Below are positions 1-10,124 of a stretch of 64,000 bases of DNA, in pieces (within the stretch, counting starts at the first letter, position 1; each line of letters starts with the position of its first letter). Source of the DNA: Clostridia bacterium. Its GTDB lineage: Bacteria; Bacillota; Clostridia; TANB77; CAG-508. The notes beneath the pieces were generated by a model. The model ran no database searches and was not told the origin of the DNA. It worked only from the letters and a program-made list of their open reading frames with translations. Made by a program: the position numbers and the translations under genes. The stretch is from the NCBI GenBank assembly GCA_900754085.1, contig CAAEBO010000046.1, positions 42,513 through 106,512 on the forward strand, written 5' to 3'.

Positions 1-1002
1 ACAGAAATTATAAAATATGTTGAAGAAGAATTAAAAGAAAGAAATCCCAAAACATATATATCAGATGTTATGCATCAAAAACAATTTGTAGACTTTGGAA
101 GCGTAAATTACACAGATAAGAATAGAGTAGCAATAAAAGTTCAAGATGGATGTAATCAATTTTGTACATACTGTATAATTCCGTATGCAAGAGGACGTAT
201 ACGTAGTAGAAAAATAGAAAACGTAAGAAAAGAAGTAGAAGATTTAGCTAAAAAAGGTATAAAAGAAATTGTAATAACAGGAATTCATGTTGCATCATAT
301 GGTAAAGACTTAGAAGAAAACATAGGCTTAATAGATTTATTAGAAGAAATAAACAAAATAAATGGTATAGAGAGGATTAGACTAAGTTCGTTAGAGCCAA
401 CTTTAATTACACAAGAATTTGTAGAAAGACTAAGCAAATTAGAAAAAATTTGTGACCATTTTCATTTATCTTTGCAAAGTGGATGTAATGCAACTTTAAA
501 AAGAATGAATAGGCATTACGCTACAGAAGATTTTAAAAAAGCTACAGAATTATTAAGAAAAACATATCCTAATGTAGCTTTAACTACAGATATTATCGTT
601 GGTTTCCCTGGGGAAACAGATGAAGAATTTAATATTACTTATAATTTTCTAAAAGAGATAAATTTTTATAAAATGCATATATTTAAATATTCTCCAAGAC
701 ATGGTACAAAAGCTGAGAAAATGCCAAATCAAATTGATGGAAATATAAAAGAAGAAAGAAGTAAAAAACTCATAGAATTATCCGATAAAAATGAAATACA
801 GCAAAACAAAAAATACATAAATGAAAATTTAAATGTATTGATAGAAGAATTTGAAGATGGATATTATAAAGGTCATACAACTAATTATATAATGGTAAAA
901 ATGCAAGAAAATGCAAATAATTTGCAAAATAAAATAGTTACAGCAAAAATTATAGACAATGACGGAATAGAATTAATTGGAAAAATAGAGAAAGTATATT
1001 GA
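1..1002 (+). CDS. Radical SAM methylthiotransferase (MtaB/MiaB family), C-terminal portion. The 5' end is cut by the window edge.
   Basis: Frame 1 is open from nt 1. It has the CxxxCxxC motif (CNQFCTYC), radical SAM core similarity and a TRAM-like C-terminus. Confidence 0.75.
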   Translation, partial: TEIIKYVEEELKERNPKTYISDVMHQKQFVDFGSVNYTDKNRVAIKVQDGCNQFCTYCIIPYARGRIRSRKIENVRKEVEDLAKKGIKEIVITGIHVASYGKDLEENIGLIDLLEEINKINGIERIRLSSLEPTLITQEFVERLSKLEKICDHFHLSLQSGCNATLKRMNRHYATEDFKKATELLRKTYPNVALTTDIIVGFPGETDEEFNITYNFLKEINFYKMHIFKYSPRHGTKAEKMPNQIDGNIKEERSKKLIELSDKNEIQQNKKYINENLNVLIEEFEDGYYKGHTTNYIMVKMQENANNLQNKIVTAKIIDNDGIELIGKIEKVY

Positions 1003-1056
1003 TAAAAATGAATAATTATAGTAAACTAAAAAGGAGTTTGTACAAAGGAGAAAATA

Positions 1057-1173
1057 ATGGAAGAAAAAGATTCAAATAAATTTTATTTAGTAGTTAAAGT
1101 AAGTAAATGGACAAAAATTAGAAATTTCTTTATTTTAAAATTTAAAAGAAATAGGAGATATGTTAATGAATAA
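1057..1173 (+). CDS. Possible 38-aa upstream ORF overlapping the TetR start
   Basis: A strong SD (AAGGAG) sits 6 nt before the ATG. It is a short K-rich ORF ending inside the TetR start region. Confidence 0.2.
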   Translation: MEEKDSNKFYLVVKVSKWTKIRNFFILKFKRNRRYVNE

Positions 1174-1732
1174 GACAAAAAGAAAAATATTCGAAACAGC
1201 TATGCAATTATTTGCAGACAAAGGATATGAAGCTACAAGCATAGAGGAAATAACTGCTACAGTAGGCGTTGCAAAAGGTACATTGTATTATCATTTTTCT
1301 AGCAAAGAAGAAATATTTAACTTTTTAGTGGAAGAAGGAATGAAACTTCTAAAAAATAGTATTCAAATAAAAACGGATAAAGTTTCTAATTATATAGATA
1401 AAATAAGAGCGATAATTTTAATTCAAATAAAAGTAATAGTAAAATATGAAAGCTTAATTACAATAATACTTAGTCAAATGTGGGGAAAAGAAGAAAGAAA
1501 TAAAAGAAGTAGAAAATATGTTTTTGAATATTTGAGCATAGTAGAAAATATTGTTAGAGAAGGCATAGAAAAAGGAGAAATAATAGACAAAAATCCAGAA
1601 GTTATTGCTTCAGAAATTTTTAGTCTTACTAGTTCTTGTTTAATATATAAATTGAAACTAGGAGAAAAAATAGATATACAATTGATGTATAAAGAAATAG
1701 AAAAGGTAGCAATATCTGGAATAGCAAAGTAA
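1160..1732 (+). CDS. TetR/AcrR family transcriptional regulator
   Basis: N-terminal HTH signature (FAxKGYEATSIEEIxxxxGVAKGTLYYHF). The alternative start ATG 1166 has a better SD. Confidence 0.85.
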   Translation: MLMNKTKRKIFETAMQLFADKGYEATSIEEITATVGVAKGTLYYHFSSKEEIFNFLVEEGMKLLKNSIQIKTDKVSNYIDKIRAIILIQIKVIVKYESLITIILSQMWGKEERNKRSRKYVFEYLSIVENIVREGIEKGEIIDKNPEVIASEIFSLTSSCLIYKLKLGEKIDIQLMYKEIEKVAISGIAK

Positions 1733-1865
1733 TATTACAACTATATTACAATAATATTACAAAAAAGAAATAAATAATTAAAGATAAAATCATTGTAGAT
1801 TTATAGAGAAAGATGTATAATAAACTTAGTTTTTGGAATTACGTATGATGAAGGAGGGAATTTAC

Positions 1866-2810
1866 ATGTCTAGATCTGGCATAGTAAATGTTAGAATGGT
1901 AATAACTGAGGAGAAGATATTATCAAATATAGAAAAAGTTCATAAAATGATTAATCCTAAGAGTAAGAAACAAATCATTCAATTAGATGATGATACTTAT
2001 TTTAAGGATTTAGTAGAAGCTATAAAAACATATTTGGTAGAATATCCAAAGAAACAAAATTTCCCTGCAAGTGTATATAATGCTGCTTTTGATTTAGTAG
2101 AATTTGCTACAAGCCAATTTGAAGATAATACTAAGCAAATAGAAACTTTAATAAGACAAAGAGAATTAAATATAAGCCTAGGTGGAAAATTAAAAGAGCT
2201 TTTAAATAAAGTGGATACAAAGGAAAAAAATTGGAAAGATAGTGTAAAAGAAGCACAAACGGATTTCGATGAAGATATAATAAATACATTATTAATTATT
2301 GGAAGAAGTAGAAGCAAAGAAACAGAACATTATAAAGATGCTCTAAAACTATTAAAAGCAAGAATTTCTAATTTAGAATCAAACTTACATATTGAAATAG
2401 ATATGGAAAGAATTGAAGATAGATCAAAGGCATTAAGCTATATCGGGCTTGAAATAGCAGATGCGTTAAAAGAAATACCAGCACCAATAGAAGAAGTAAT
2501 AGAAGAACAAGTGGAAACTGTTATGGAACCAGTTCAAAAAGCCAAGAAAGTTAAAGTTAAAAAAGAGAAAAAAGCTGAAAAGAAGGCTAATGTTGCTGCA
2601 ATCACTGAAAATGCAAATGTAGAAAAAGTAAAAGAACAAAAATTAAATAAAGTACAAAAAGAACAATATGTAGCAGAAACATTTGAGGCTAAACCAACTT
2701 TATGGCAAAGAATTAAAAATAGCAAATTTGTAAGAACAATTAAATATATTATGAGTATTAGAGTTGTTCTTGAAGTTCCAGCACTTCCAGAAGGAAAAGC
2801 AGAAAACTAG
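1866..2810 (+). CDS. Hypothetical K/E-rich, coiled-coil-like protein
   Basis: Long ORF. An AGGAGGG SD precedes ATG 1866, whereas the listed start 1833 lacks an SD. No family was recognised. Confidence 0.55.
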   Translation: MSRSGIVNVRMVITEEKILSNIEKVHKMINPKSKKQIIQLDDDTYFKDLVEAIKTYLVEYPKKQNFPASVYNAAFDLVEFATSQFEDNTKQIETLIRQRELNISLGGKLKELLNKVDTKEKNWKDSVKEAQTDFDEDIINTLLIIGRSRSKETEHYKDALKLLKARISNLESNLHIEIDMERIEDRSKALSYIGLEIADALKEIPAPIEEVIEEQVETVMEPVQKAKKVKVKKEKKAEKKANVAAITENANVEKVKEQKLNKVQKEQYVAETFEAKPTLWQRIKNSKFVRTIKYIMSIRVVLEVPALPEGKAEN

Positions 2811-2900
2811 AAACTATAAATACTATATTGCCTAGTTTTAGGTAGTATAGTATTTTTAGATAAATTTTATGAAAAAAATAAAAAAATAATTAAAAAAGTA

Positions 2901-2929
2901 TTGACATATTATATAAAAGATAGTATACT
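2901..2929 (+). promoter_or_regulatory. Sigma-A type promoter for the tRNA pair
   Basis: TTGACA, a 17-nt spacer, then TATACT, about 15 nt upstream of the tRNA 5' end. Confidence 0.5.
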
Positions 2930-2944
2930 AAATCTCGTTGATAA

Positions 2945-3021
2945 GCTCCCTTAGCTCAGTTGGTCAGAGCAACCGGCTCATAACCGGTGGGTCCAAGGTT
3001 CAAATCCTTGAGGGAGCACCA
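2945..3021 (+). tRNA. tRNA-Met (anticodon CAT). Could alternatively be a lysidine-modified tRNA-Ile2.
   Basis: Cloverleaf with a 7-bp acceptor stem (gctccct/agggagc), a CTCATAA anticodon loop, a GGTTCAAATCC T-loop, and CCA encoded. Confidence 0.85.
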
Positions 3022-3033
3022 TTTTTTATATAT

Positions 3034-3119
3034 GGGTAGGTGGCCGAGTGGCTAAAGGCGGCAGACTGTAAATCTGTTCTCATTTGAGTACGATGGTTCG
3101 AATCCATCCCTGCCCACCA
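3034..3119 (+). tRNA. tRNA-Tyr (anticodon GTA), long variable arm
   Basis: Acceptor gggtagg/cctgccc, anticodon loop ACTGTAAAT, long extra arm, GGTTCGAATCC T-loop, CCA encoded. Confidence 0.9.
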
Positions 3120-3197
3120 ATAAAGTACAAGGAAACTTGTATTTTATTTTTAAATCACAAACGAACAAAAGTTCGAACAAAGTTAAAGGGTGAAAAT

Positions 3198-4097
3198 ATG
3201 TTAAAAAACTTAGAAGAATGTCAATTATGTCCATATAAATGTAAAGTAAATAGGTTAGAAGGAAAAAAAGGAAAATGCAAGGCTTCAGATAAAGCAAAGA
3301 TATCATTAGTATCATTGCATAATTTTGAAGAACCATGTATAAGTGGCACTAAAGGTTCTGGCACAATATTTTTTTCAAATTGCAATTTTAATTGTGTATT
3401 TTGTCAAAATTATAAAATAAGTCAAGAAGGAATGGGAGAGGAAGTTAGTATAGAGCTTTTAGCTAATAGTATGCTAAATTTACAAGATAAAGGAGCACAT
3501 AACATAAATCTAGTAACTCCAGTAATGTATGTTTATCACATTATAGAAGCAATTAAGATAGCTAAAAATAATGGGTTAAATATACCAATAATATATAATT
3601 CAAATGGATATGAAAATATAGAAACATTAAAACTATTAAAAGGATATATAGATGTATATTTGCCAGATTTTAAATACTCAGATAATAAATTAGGAAAGAA
3701 ATATTCTAATGTAGACAACTATTTTGAAGTAACAACAGAGGCAATAAAAGAAATGTATAGCCAAGTCGGGGCTCCTAAACTAAATGCGGATGGAATAATA
3801 GAAAAAGGATTAATTATACGACATCTCGTTTTACCGAATGCAATGGAAAACACTAAAAATGTATTAAAATGGATAAAAGATAATATAGATAATTCAGTAT
3901 ATATAAGTATTATGGCACAATATTTTCCAACATATAAATCAAAAGAAATAGGGGAAATTAATAGAAAAATAAATATAAAAGAATATGAAGAGATAGAAAA
4001 TTATGTATATGAAATTGGAATAGAAAATGGGTATATGCAAGACTTAGGAGAACATGAAGAAGAATATGTACCAGAATTCAAGAATAGTTTGACTTAA
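3198..4097 (+). CDS. Radical SAM protein of the PflX / pyruvate formate-lyase activating enzyme-like family
   Basis: CNFNCVFC (CxxxCxxC) and an N-terminal Cys cluster. An SD precedes ATG 3198. The listed start 3084 lies inside tRNA-Tyr. Confidence 0.8.
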   Translation: MLKNLEECQLCPYKCKVNRLEGKKGKCKASDKAKISLVSLHNFEEPCISGTKGSGTIFFSNCNFNCVFCQNYKISQEGMGEEVSIELLANSMLNLQDKGAHNINLVTPVMYVYHIIEAIKIAKNNGLNIPIIYNSNGYENIETLKLLKGYIDVYLPDFKYSDNKLGKKYSNVDNYFEVTTEAIKEMYSQVGAPKLNADGIIEKGLIIRHLVLPNAMENTKNVLKWIKDNIDNSVYISIMAQYFPTYKSKEIGEINRKINIKEYEEIENYVYEIGIENGYMQDLGEHEEEYVPEFKNSLT

Positions 4098-4148
4098 TAA
4101 ATAATATAATATAAAATATTATGTAGTAAAAACGAAAGGAAGAATGCT

Positions 4149-5780
4149 ATGAAAATAACATATAAAGATAAAATAATAGAAATACAAGAACCTAAAAAAG
4201 TTATAGAGCTATTCAAAGAAGAGTGTAATGAACATATAATTGCATGTATTTGCAATAATCAAATACAGTCATTAAACCATAATATAAAAGAAGATACGAA
4301 TATAGAATTTATAGATATATCAGATAAAGACGGACTTAGAATATACATAAGAGGATTAAATTATATTATGGCAAAGGCTTTTTCAGAACTTTATCCTAAA
4401 GCCCTATTAACAGTAGATTACCAATTGTCAAATGCTATGTTTTTCGAAATAGATAACATGAAAATTACAGAAGAAATGCTTGAGGCAGTTACTAACAAAA
4501 TGAACGAAATCGTACAAAAAGACTTACCAATAGAAAAAGTAGTAATGACTAAGGAAGAGGCAAATGAATTTTACGAAAAAAATAAAACATTAAAAGGTAT
4601 ACTTCAAAAAGACATAGAAGAAAGAAATCATGTTACATTATATTATTGTGAAGATTATTATAATTATTTCTATGGTGTTATGCCAATATCTACAAAATAT
4701 ATGAAAATATTTAAATTAGAAAAATATAAACATGGTTTTATTATTAGATATCCAAATAGAAGAGATATAACTAAATTACAACCATTCGAAGATAATCCAA
4801 AGTTATTATCTGCGTTACAAGATTATGAAAACATACATAGATTATTAGATATAAATACTTTATATAAGCTAAATACTAAAATTGAAAATGGTGAAGCAAA
4901 GCACATCGTACTATTAGATGAAGCATTACACGAAAAGAAAATATCACAAATAGCAGATAAAATAGCACAAAATAAAAGTGCAAAAGTTATTTTAATAGCA
5001 GGTCCATCATCTTCAGGAAAGACTACTTTTGCACAAAGACTAGGATTGCAATTAGAACTAAATGGTTTAAGACCTGTAACAATATCAGTAGATAACTATT
5101 TTGTAGAAAGAGAAGATACTCCAAAAGATGCTGATGGAAATTATGATTTCGAAGATATAAATGCAATAGATATGAATCTATTTAATGATCAGATATTAAA
5201 ATTGTTAAATGGAGAAGAAGTAGAAACACCTTCATTTAATTTTCATACAGGGCATAAGGAATATAGGGGAGAAAAATTAAAGTTAAATAAAAATGACGTT
5301 TTAGTAATCGAGGGAATTCATTGTCTAAATGACAAATTAACAGAAAGCATACCAAAAGAAAATAAGTTTAAAATTTATATTAGTGCTTTAACTGTATTAA
5401 ATATAGATTATTTTAATAGAATATCAACAACAGATTCAAGGCTAATAAGAAGAATAGTAAGAGATTACCAATTTAGAGGATATTCTGCACTTCATACACT
5501 AAAAATGTGGCCTTCAGTAAATAGGGGAGAAGAAAAAAATATATTTCCATACCAAGAACAGGCAGATGTTATGTTTAATACGTCATTAGTATATGAAATG
5601 TCAGTATTAAAGACTATGGCATTACCTTTATTACAAGAAATAGATAGTTCGGAAAAAGAATATTCAGAGGCTAAAAGATTATGTGAAATTTTACAATATT
5701 TTAAAGAAATACCAAAAGAATTAATCCCAACAAATTCATTATTAAGAGAATTTTTAGGAAATGGAGATTTTAAATACTAG
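4149..5780 (+). CDS. Uridine/nucleoside kinase-family P-loop protein with an N-terminal TGS-like domain
   Basis: Walker A GPSSSGKTT in a uridine-kinase/PRK-like region. The N-terminal 60-aa fold resembles the ThrRS/TGS domain. Confidence 0.7.
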   Translation: MKITYKDKIIEIQEPKKVIELFKEECNEHIIACICNNQIQSLNHNIKEDTNIEFIDISDKDGLRIYIRGLNYIMAKAFSELYPKALLTVDYQLSNAMFFEIDNMKITEEMLEAVTNKMNEIVQKDLPIEKVVMTKEEANEFYEKNKTLKGILQKDIEERNHVTLYYCEDYYNYFYGVMPISTKYMKIFKLEKYKHGFIIRYPNRRDITKLQPFEDNPKLLSALQDYENIHRLLDINTLYKLNTKIENGEAKHIVLLDEALHEKKISQIADKIAQNKSAKVILIAGPSSSGKTTFAQRLGLQLELNGLRPVTISVDNYFVEREDTPKDADGNYDFEDINAIDMNLFNDQILKLLNGEEVETPSFNFHTGHKEYRGEKLKLNKNDVLVIEGIHCLNDKLTESIPKENKFKIYISALTVLNIDYFNRISTTDSRLIRRIVRDYQFRGYSALHTLKMWPSVNRGEEKNIFPYQEQADVMFNTSLVYEMSVLKTMALPLLQEIDSSEKEYSEAKRLCEILQYFKEIPKELIPTNSLLREFLGNGDFKY

Positions 5781-5790
5781 GAGCTGAAAT

Positions 5791-6108
5791 ATGATAGAAA
5801 ATAGTAAATTTACAGAAATAGATGAAGAGTTTGTATGTGAAAATTGTGGAAAGTTGGTACGTAAATTAGAATATTCTTGCAGAAATCATTGCCCATATTG
5901 CTTATATTCTAAACATGTAGATGTAAATCCAGGAGATAGAGAAGAAAAATGCCATGGAAAGCTAAAACCGATAGGAATAGAGTTAAACTCGAAAAAAGGA
6001 TATGTAATTGTTTTTAAATGTGAGAAATGTGGCGCAATAAGAAAAAATAAAGCAGCAAAAGATGATGATATGAATTTAATTATAAAATTAAGTAGTAATC
6101 CAATATAA
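5791..6108 (+). CDS. RNHCP-domain zinc-ribbon protein
   Basis: CENCG...CRNHCPYC...CEKCG, i.e. an RNHCP motif plus paired CxxC. Confidence 0.7.
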   Translation: MIENSKFTEIDEEFVCENCGKLVRKLEYSCRNHCPYCLYSKHVDVNPGDREEKCHGKLKPIGIELNSKKGYVIVFKCEKCGAIRKNKAAKDDDMNLIIKLSSNPI

Positions 6109-6143
6109 ATAAAGTGAGCAGGAATATATATTCCTGCTCAAAG

Positions 6144-8567
6144 TTAAATATCTCTGTTTAAATTTCCATTTGTATATATATTACCTTCAAGTCTATTTCC
6201 TGAACTTATAGTAGTAATAATATTATTTATTTCGTCAATAGTTTCATCAAGTAAATTTATTCTTAAAGAACCAATATTAAAATCTTTAGTTTCTATAGAA
6301 GTTATTCTACTATTAAAAATAGTTGTAATAGTTTGAATATTATCTGGTATAAATCTAAAATTAAAACCAATTCTATCTTCTAAAAAGAATTTTTCATTGG
6401 CATTAAAACATCTTTTAGAACAATCTGGGTAACATTTATTAGATTTACCTAGAAAACAATAATTAGTATTCATTAAAGGTACATTACCATATGCAAATAT
6501 TTCTAAATTACTACCATAGTTAGGACATAAAGACATAATAGAAGATTTATTTAATTCTGGAGATATGCCTAACATATTAATATTCATATCTAGCAATGAT
6601 TTAATTGTATTTTCATTAAAAATATTTAAAGTATAATTTCCAATAAGTTCAAAATTTTTATTATACTTTTTTTGTAAATAGTTTAGATATTCAATATTTC
6701 CAATGTTGGAAAAAACAAATCCTTCTATAGGATAATTTTCGATTGCCATTTTTATATAATTTGCAATTAAATTCTTATAATTTCCTTTTATAATGACTGG
6801 CAAAAATATATAAAGCTTAGCTTTTTCAGAAATAGTATTAATGCAAGGTTTATATTTACTGTCGTAAAAATATTTTAACGGTATATAAGCTCTGTCAAAA
6901 CTAGATAAGTTTTCATAAGAAAAAGTAGGGTTTAAAATATTAAAGCATACAGAAATTTCTTTTTTGCTAATATTCGAATTATTTGAAGATAAAGGCTTAT
7001 ATGTAGTAGTTAAATTTCTTCTCATATTATTTAATGCTAGAGTTTCAACTTTAGCTAGAACTTTTCTACGTAAATCATTTATGGCACTAATTTTGGTGAT
7101 AAATAAATTAGAACCTAAATTTACTTTTATATTTTTAAATTCAAATTGAGTATTATTAGTTTTACTTAATTGTCCTATAATTCTATCAACATCTAAAGGT
7201 TTATTAATTGCAATAATAGGAAGTAATTCTGACTTTTCTGTAACAGTTATATTATTATAAATGCTACCAGGAATATTTATAGTTGAAACAACTAAAGAAA
7301 TGGGTTCATTTTCTTTTATAGTTATGCTGGCATTTAAAGGTATTTTCTTGTTTTCGACGTTATTTTCGTAAGAAGAATGAGCTTTATATGTTAAATCTTT
7401 ACTTGATAATTTATATACTTTAGAGCCTACATTAATATTGCCATTTAATCTTCCAATAGTAACTTTTTGACCAGCCAAACCAGAACTAATATTTTTTGAA
7501 TTTATCATTAATTCAGATATTGTATATTTTTTATTTCCATTATCTAAAGAAATTGTATCACCAATAGAAATATTATTATTTAAATTAACATTTATATAGC
7601 CTTTAGAACTATTATAGTGTGAAATATTACCTATATATATACCTGCATTGTTTGGCTTACTTGGAAATATAAAATCCGTATTAGGAGAGCTTTTTAAGTG
7701 ACCAGAAGAAAAACCGCCACGGTTAAATACTTGTAATAAATCACTTTTGTCAGATTCTTCTATTTTATAAACGTCATTATTTAAATATTTGTCAATATAT
7801 TTTCTATAAATTCTAGTAACTGTAGCTACATATTCTGGAGACTTCATTCTACCTTCTATTTTTAAGCATGAAACACCGGATTTTATTAAATCAGGAATAA
7901 ATTCTAATCCACATAAGTCTTTTGGACTTAATAAATAATTTAAAGAATTGTCATAGCCTTTTACTTTATAAGGTAGTCTACAAGGTTGAGCACATTTACC
8001 TCTGTTCCCAGAACGACCACCAATCATACTAGACATTAAACATTGCCCAGAGTAAGAAAGACATAATGCACCATGAATAAAAGTTTCTATTTCTATATTG
8101 GTATTTTGACATATATTATAAATTTCTGGAATAGAAAGCTCACGGGCTAAAACAGCACGTTTAAAGCCAAGCTTTTCTATGGTTTGAGCACATTCTAAAT
8201 TGTGTATAGTCATTTGAGTACTAGCGTGAACATCTAAACCAGGAAAGTTTTTTATTAAATATAAGGCTAAACCTAAGTCTTGTACTATAATTGCATCAAT
8301 GCCAGAATTATACGCATAAGTTGCAAGGTCTATAGCGGATTTAAACTCACCATTAGTTATTAAAGTATTTAAAGTAAGATGAGTTTTTACATTTCTAAGT
8401 TTTGCATAATCTATTGCCATTTGCAAAGTTTCATAATCAAAATTATTAGCAAAAGCTCGTGCACTGAAACTATTTGCTCCAAAATATACACTATCTGCAC
8501 CATTTTGTACAGCAGCTTTTAAACATTCAAAATCACCAACTGGTGAAAGTAATTCCAACAAAATCAC
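6144..8567 (-). CDS. Peptidase U32 family (collagenase-like) with a long C-terminal extension
   Basis: N-terminal U32 signature (ELLSPVG...AVxxGADSVYFG) and an 807-aa ORF. Confidence 0.85.
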   Translation of the reverse strand: MILLELLSPVGDFECLKAAVQNGADSVYFGANSFSARAFANNFDYETLQMAIDYAKLRNVKTHLTLNTLITNGEFKSAIDLATYAYNSGIDAIIVQDLGLALYLIKNFPGLDVHASTQMTIHNLECAQTIEKLGFKRAVLARELSIPEIYNICQNTNIEIETFIHGALCLSYSGQCLMSSMIGGRSGNRGKCAQPCRLPYKVKGYDNSLNYLLSPKDLCGLEFIPDLIKSGVSCLKIEGRMKSPEYVATVTRIYRKYIDKYLNNDVYKIEESDKSDLLQVFNRGGFSSGHLKSSPNTDFIFPSKPNNAGIYIGNISHYNSSKGYINVNLNNNISIGDTISLDNGNKKYTISELMINSKNISSGLAGQKVTIGRLNGNINVGSKVYKLSSKDLTYKAHSSYENNVENKKIPLNASITIKENEPISLVVSTINIPGSIYNNITVTEKSELLPIIAINKPLDVDRIIGQLSKTNNTQFEFKNIKVNLGSNLFITKISAINDLRRKVLAKVETLALNNMRRNLTTTYKPLSSNNSNISKKEISVCFNILNPTFSYENLSSFDRAYIPLKYFYDSKYKPCINTISEKAKLYIFLPVIIKGNYKNLIANYIKMAIENYPIEGFVFSNIGNIEYLNYLQKKYNKNFELIGNYTLNIFNENTIKSLLDMNINMLGISPELNKSSIMSLCPNYGSNLEIFAYGNVPLMNTNYCFLGKSNKCYPDCSKRCFNANEKFFLEDRIGFNFRFIPDNIQTITTIFNSRITSIETKDFNIGSLRINLLDETIDEINNIITTISSGNRLEGNIYTNGNLNRDI

Positions 8568-8691
8568 CTCTCTAATTAAAATATATACCTATTGTAACAT
8601 AAAAAATTAAATTCGCATAATATATAGCATATAAAAAAGCAAAATTAAGATTATTAATTAATGTTTTTACAAAAAAGATAGGAGGGAAAAC

Positions 8692-8841
8692 ATGCAAGAA
8701 GACAGAGGAATGAATTGCGGATGCAATAATGGAGGATTATTAGGAAATATGTTTTGTGGATGTGGTGATAGTGAAATATTATTTTTTATAATAATATTTT
8801 TACTATTATTTACTAACTTTGGTAATTCAAAGTGTTGCTAA
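8692..8841 (+). CDS. Tiny (49 aa) Gly/Cys-rich N-terminus plus hydrophobic tail peptide, YjcZ/tiny-TM-like
   Basis: AGGAGGG SD 5 nt upstream. Sequence is MQEDRGMNCGCNNGGLLGNMFCGCGDSEILFFIIIFLLLFTNFGNSKCC. It is below the ORF-track cutoff. Confidence 0.45.
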   Translation: MQEDRGMNCGCNNGGLLGNMFCGCGDSEILFFIIIFLLLFTNFGNSKCC

Positions 8842-8981
8842 AGAAGAATTTTTTGGCTGAAATAAAACATATTTTTCTTTTCCCCTATTTAATGTTTAAA
8901 TAGGGGAAAAATACTTGTAAAAAAAATATAGTTAGTGTAAAATATGAAAATGAAAATAGAGTATACATTGGAGGAATTAAA

Positions 8982-10046
8982 TTGAGATTTTTAGATTTAA
9001 ATAGTGAAGAAGATAGAAAGAAATATACAGAATTCTTAGAAAATAATGAAAGATGTAATTTCCAACAATCATTAGAATGGGGAAAAGTAAAAAACTTTTG
9101 GAAAAATGAAATTATTTTAGCCGAAGATGAAAATAATAATATTATAGGCTCTTTAAGTGTGTTACTTAGAAAAATACCAATTTTCGGATATTTAATGTAT
9201 TCATCAAGAGGACCAGTATGTGATATTCATAATGAAGAAGTATTAAAACAACTAACAGATGGCGCAAAAGAGTTGGCTAAAAAATATCATGCTATGGTAT
9301 TAAAAATAGAACCAGATATAAAAAGTGATGATAAAGAATTTAGAGAGATAGTAACAAAATTAGGATATAAAATAAAAGATGACGCTAAAGACTTTAGAGA
9401 TGAAATTCAACCTAGATATGTATTTAGACTAGATATAAAAGGAAAAACAGAAGATGAAGTGTTTAAAGCATTTCATTCTAAAACAAGATATAATGTAAGA
9501 TTAGCAGGAAGAAAAGGCGTTACAATAAAAGAAGGAACTAAAGAAGATTTAAAAGATTTTCACAAAATAATGATTGAAACAGGTAAAAGAGATGGTTTTA
9601 TGATAAGACCACTAGAATATTTTGAGCAAATGTATGATGCTTTAGCACCAGAACATATGAAAGTACTAATGGCATATTATGAAGGTAAGCCAATTTCAGG
9701 AGTTATACCTATTATGTATGGTAATAAAACATGGTACTTATATGGAGCAAGTAGTAATGAACATAGAAATTTAATGCCAAATTATCTTTTACAATGGGAA
9801 ATGATTAAAATAGCAATTTCTAGAGGAGATGACATATATGATTTAAGAGGAGTTTCTGGAGTTGTTGACGAAAATCATCCTCAATATGGGCTATATAGAT
9901 TTAAACAAGGATTTGGAGCAGAATTCACAGAATTTATAGGAGAGCTTCACATGGATTACTCACCAATAAGATACAACTTATATAAAATATCTGAAAAGAT
10001 ATTTAAAAGAGTTAGAACATTGTTAATGAATAGAAATAAAAAATAA
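8982..10046 (+). CDS. FemAB-family peptidoglycan aminoacyltransferase (FemX-like, no coiled-coil insert)
   Basis: FemAB family similarity throughout. TTG start with a GGAGG SD. Confidence 0.8.
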   Translation: MRFLDLNSEEDRKKYTEFLENNERCNFQQSLEWGKVKNFWKNEIILAEDENNNIIGSLSVLLRKIPIFGYLMYSSRGPVCDIHNEEVLKQLTDGAKELAKKYHAMVLKIEPDIKSDDKEFREIVTKLGYKIKDDAKDFRDEIQPRYVFRLDIKGKTEDEVFKAFHSKTRYNVRLAGRKGVTIKEGTKEDLKDFHKIMIETGKRDGFMIRPLEYFEQMYDALAPEHMKVLMAYYEGKPISGVIPIMYGNKTWYLYGASSNEHRNLMPNYLLQWEMIKIAISRGDDIYDLRGVSGVVDENHPQYGLYRFKQGFGAEFTEFIGELHMDYSPIRYNLYKISEKIFKRVRTLLMNRNKK

Positions 10047-10124
10047 TAAATATATTAAGTTAAAAATAAAAAATTAGTATATGTTTGTAAATTAGTAGAT
10101 TTAAAATAACTTGAAGGAGAAAAT

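Noticed and set aside
2811-3200. tRNA pair as a possible integration site of a mobile element or genomic island
   Set aside because: No integrase, recombinase, transposase or direct repeat of the tRNA 3' end was found downstream. The flanking genes are ordinary housekeeping genes.
3052-3336. 94-aa minus-strand ORF and the 5' part (3084-3197) of the 337-aa + ORF
   Set aside because: Both overlap tRNA-Tyr/tRNA-Met. The real radical SAM CDS starts at ATG 3198, which has an SD.
8878-8921. Inverted repeat tttcccctatttaa/ttaaataggggaaa as a rho-independent terminator
   Set aside because: The T-run is on the 5' side and the A-run on the 3' side relative to the + strand, and the reverse holds for the minus strand. 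It is a stable hairpin but not a canonical terminator in either orientation.
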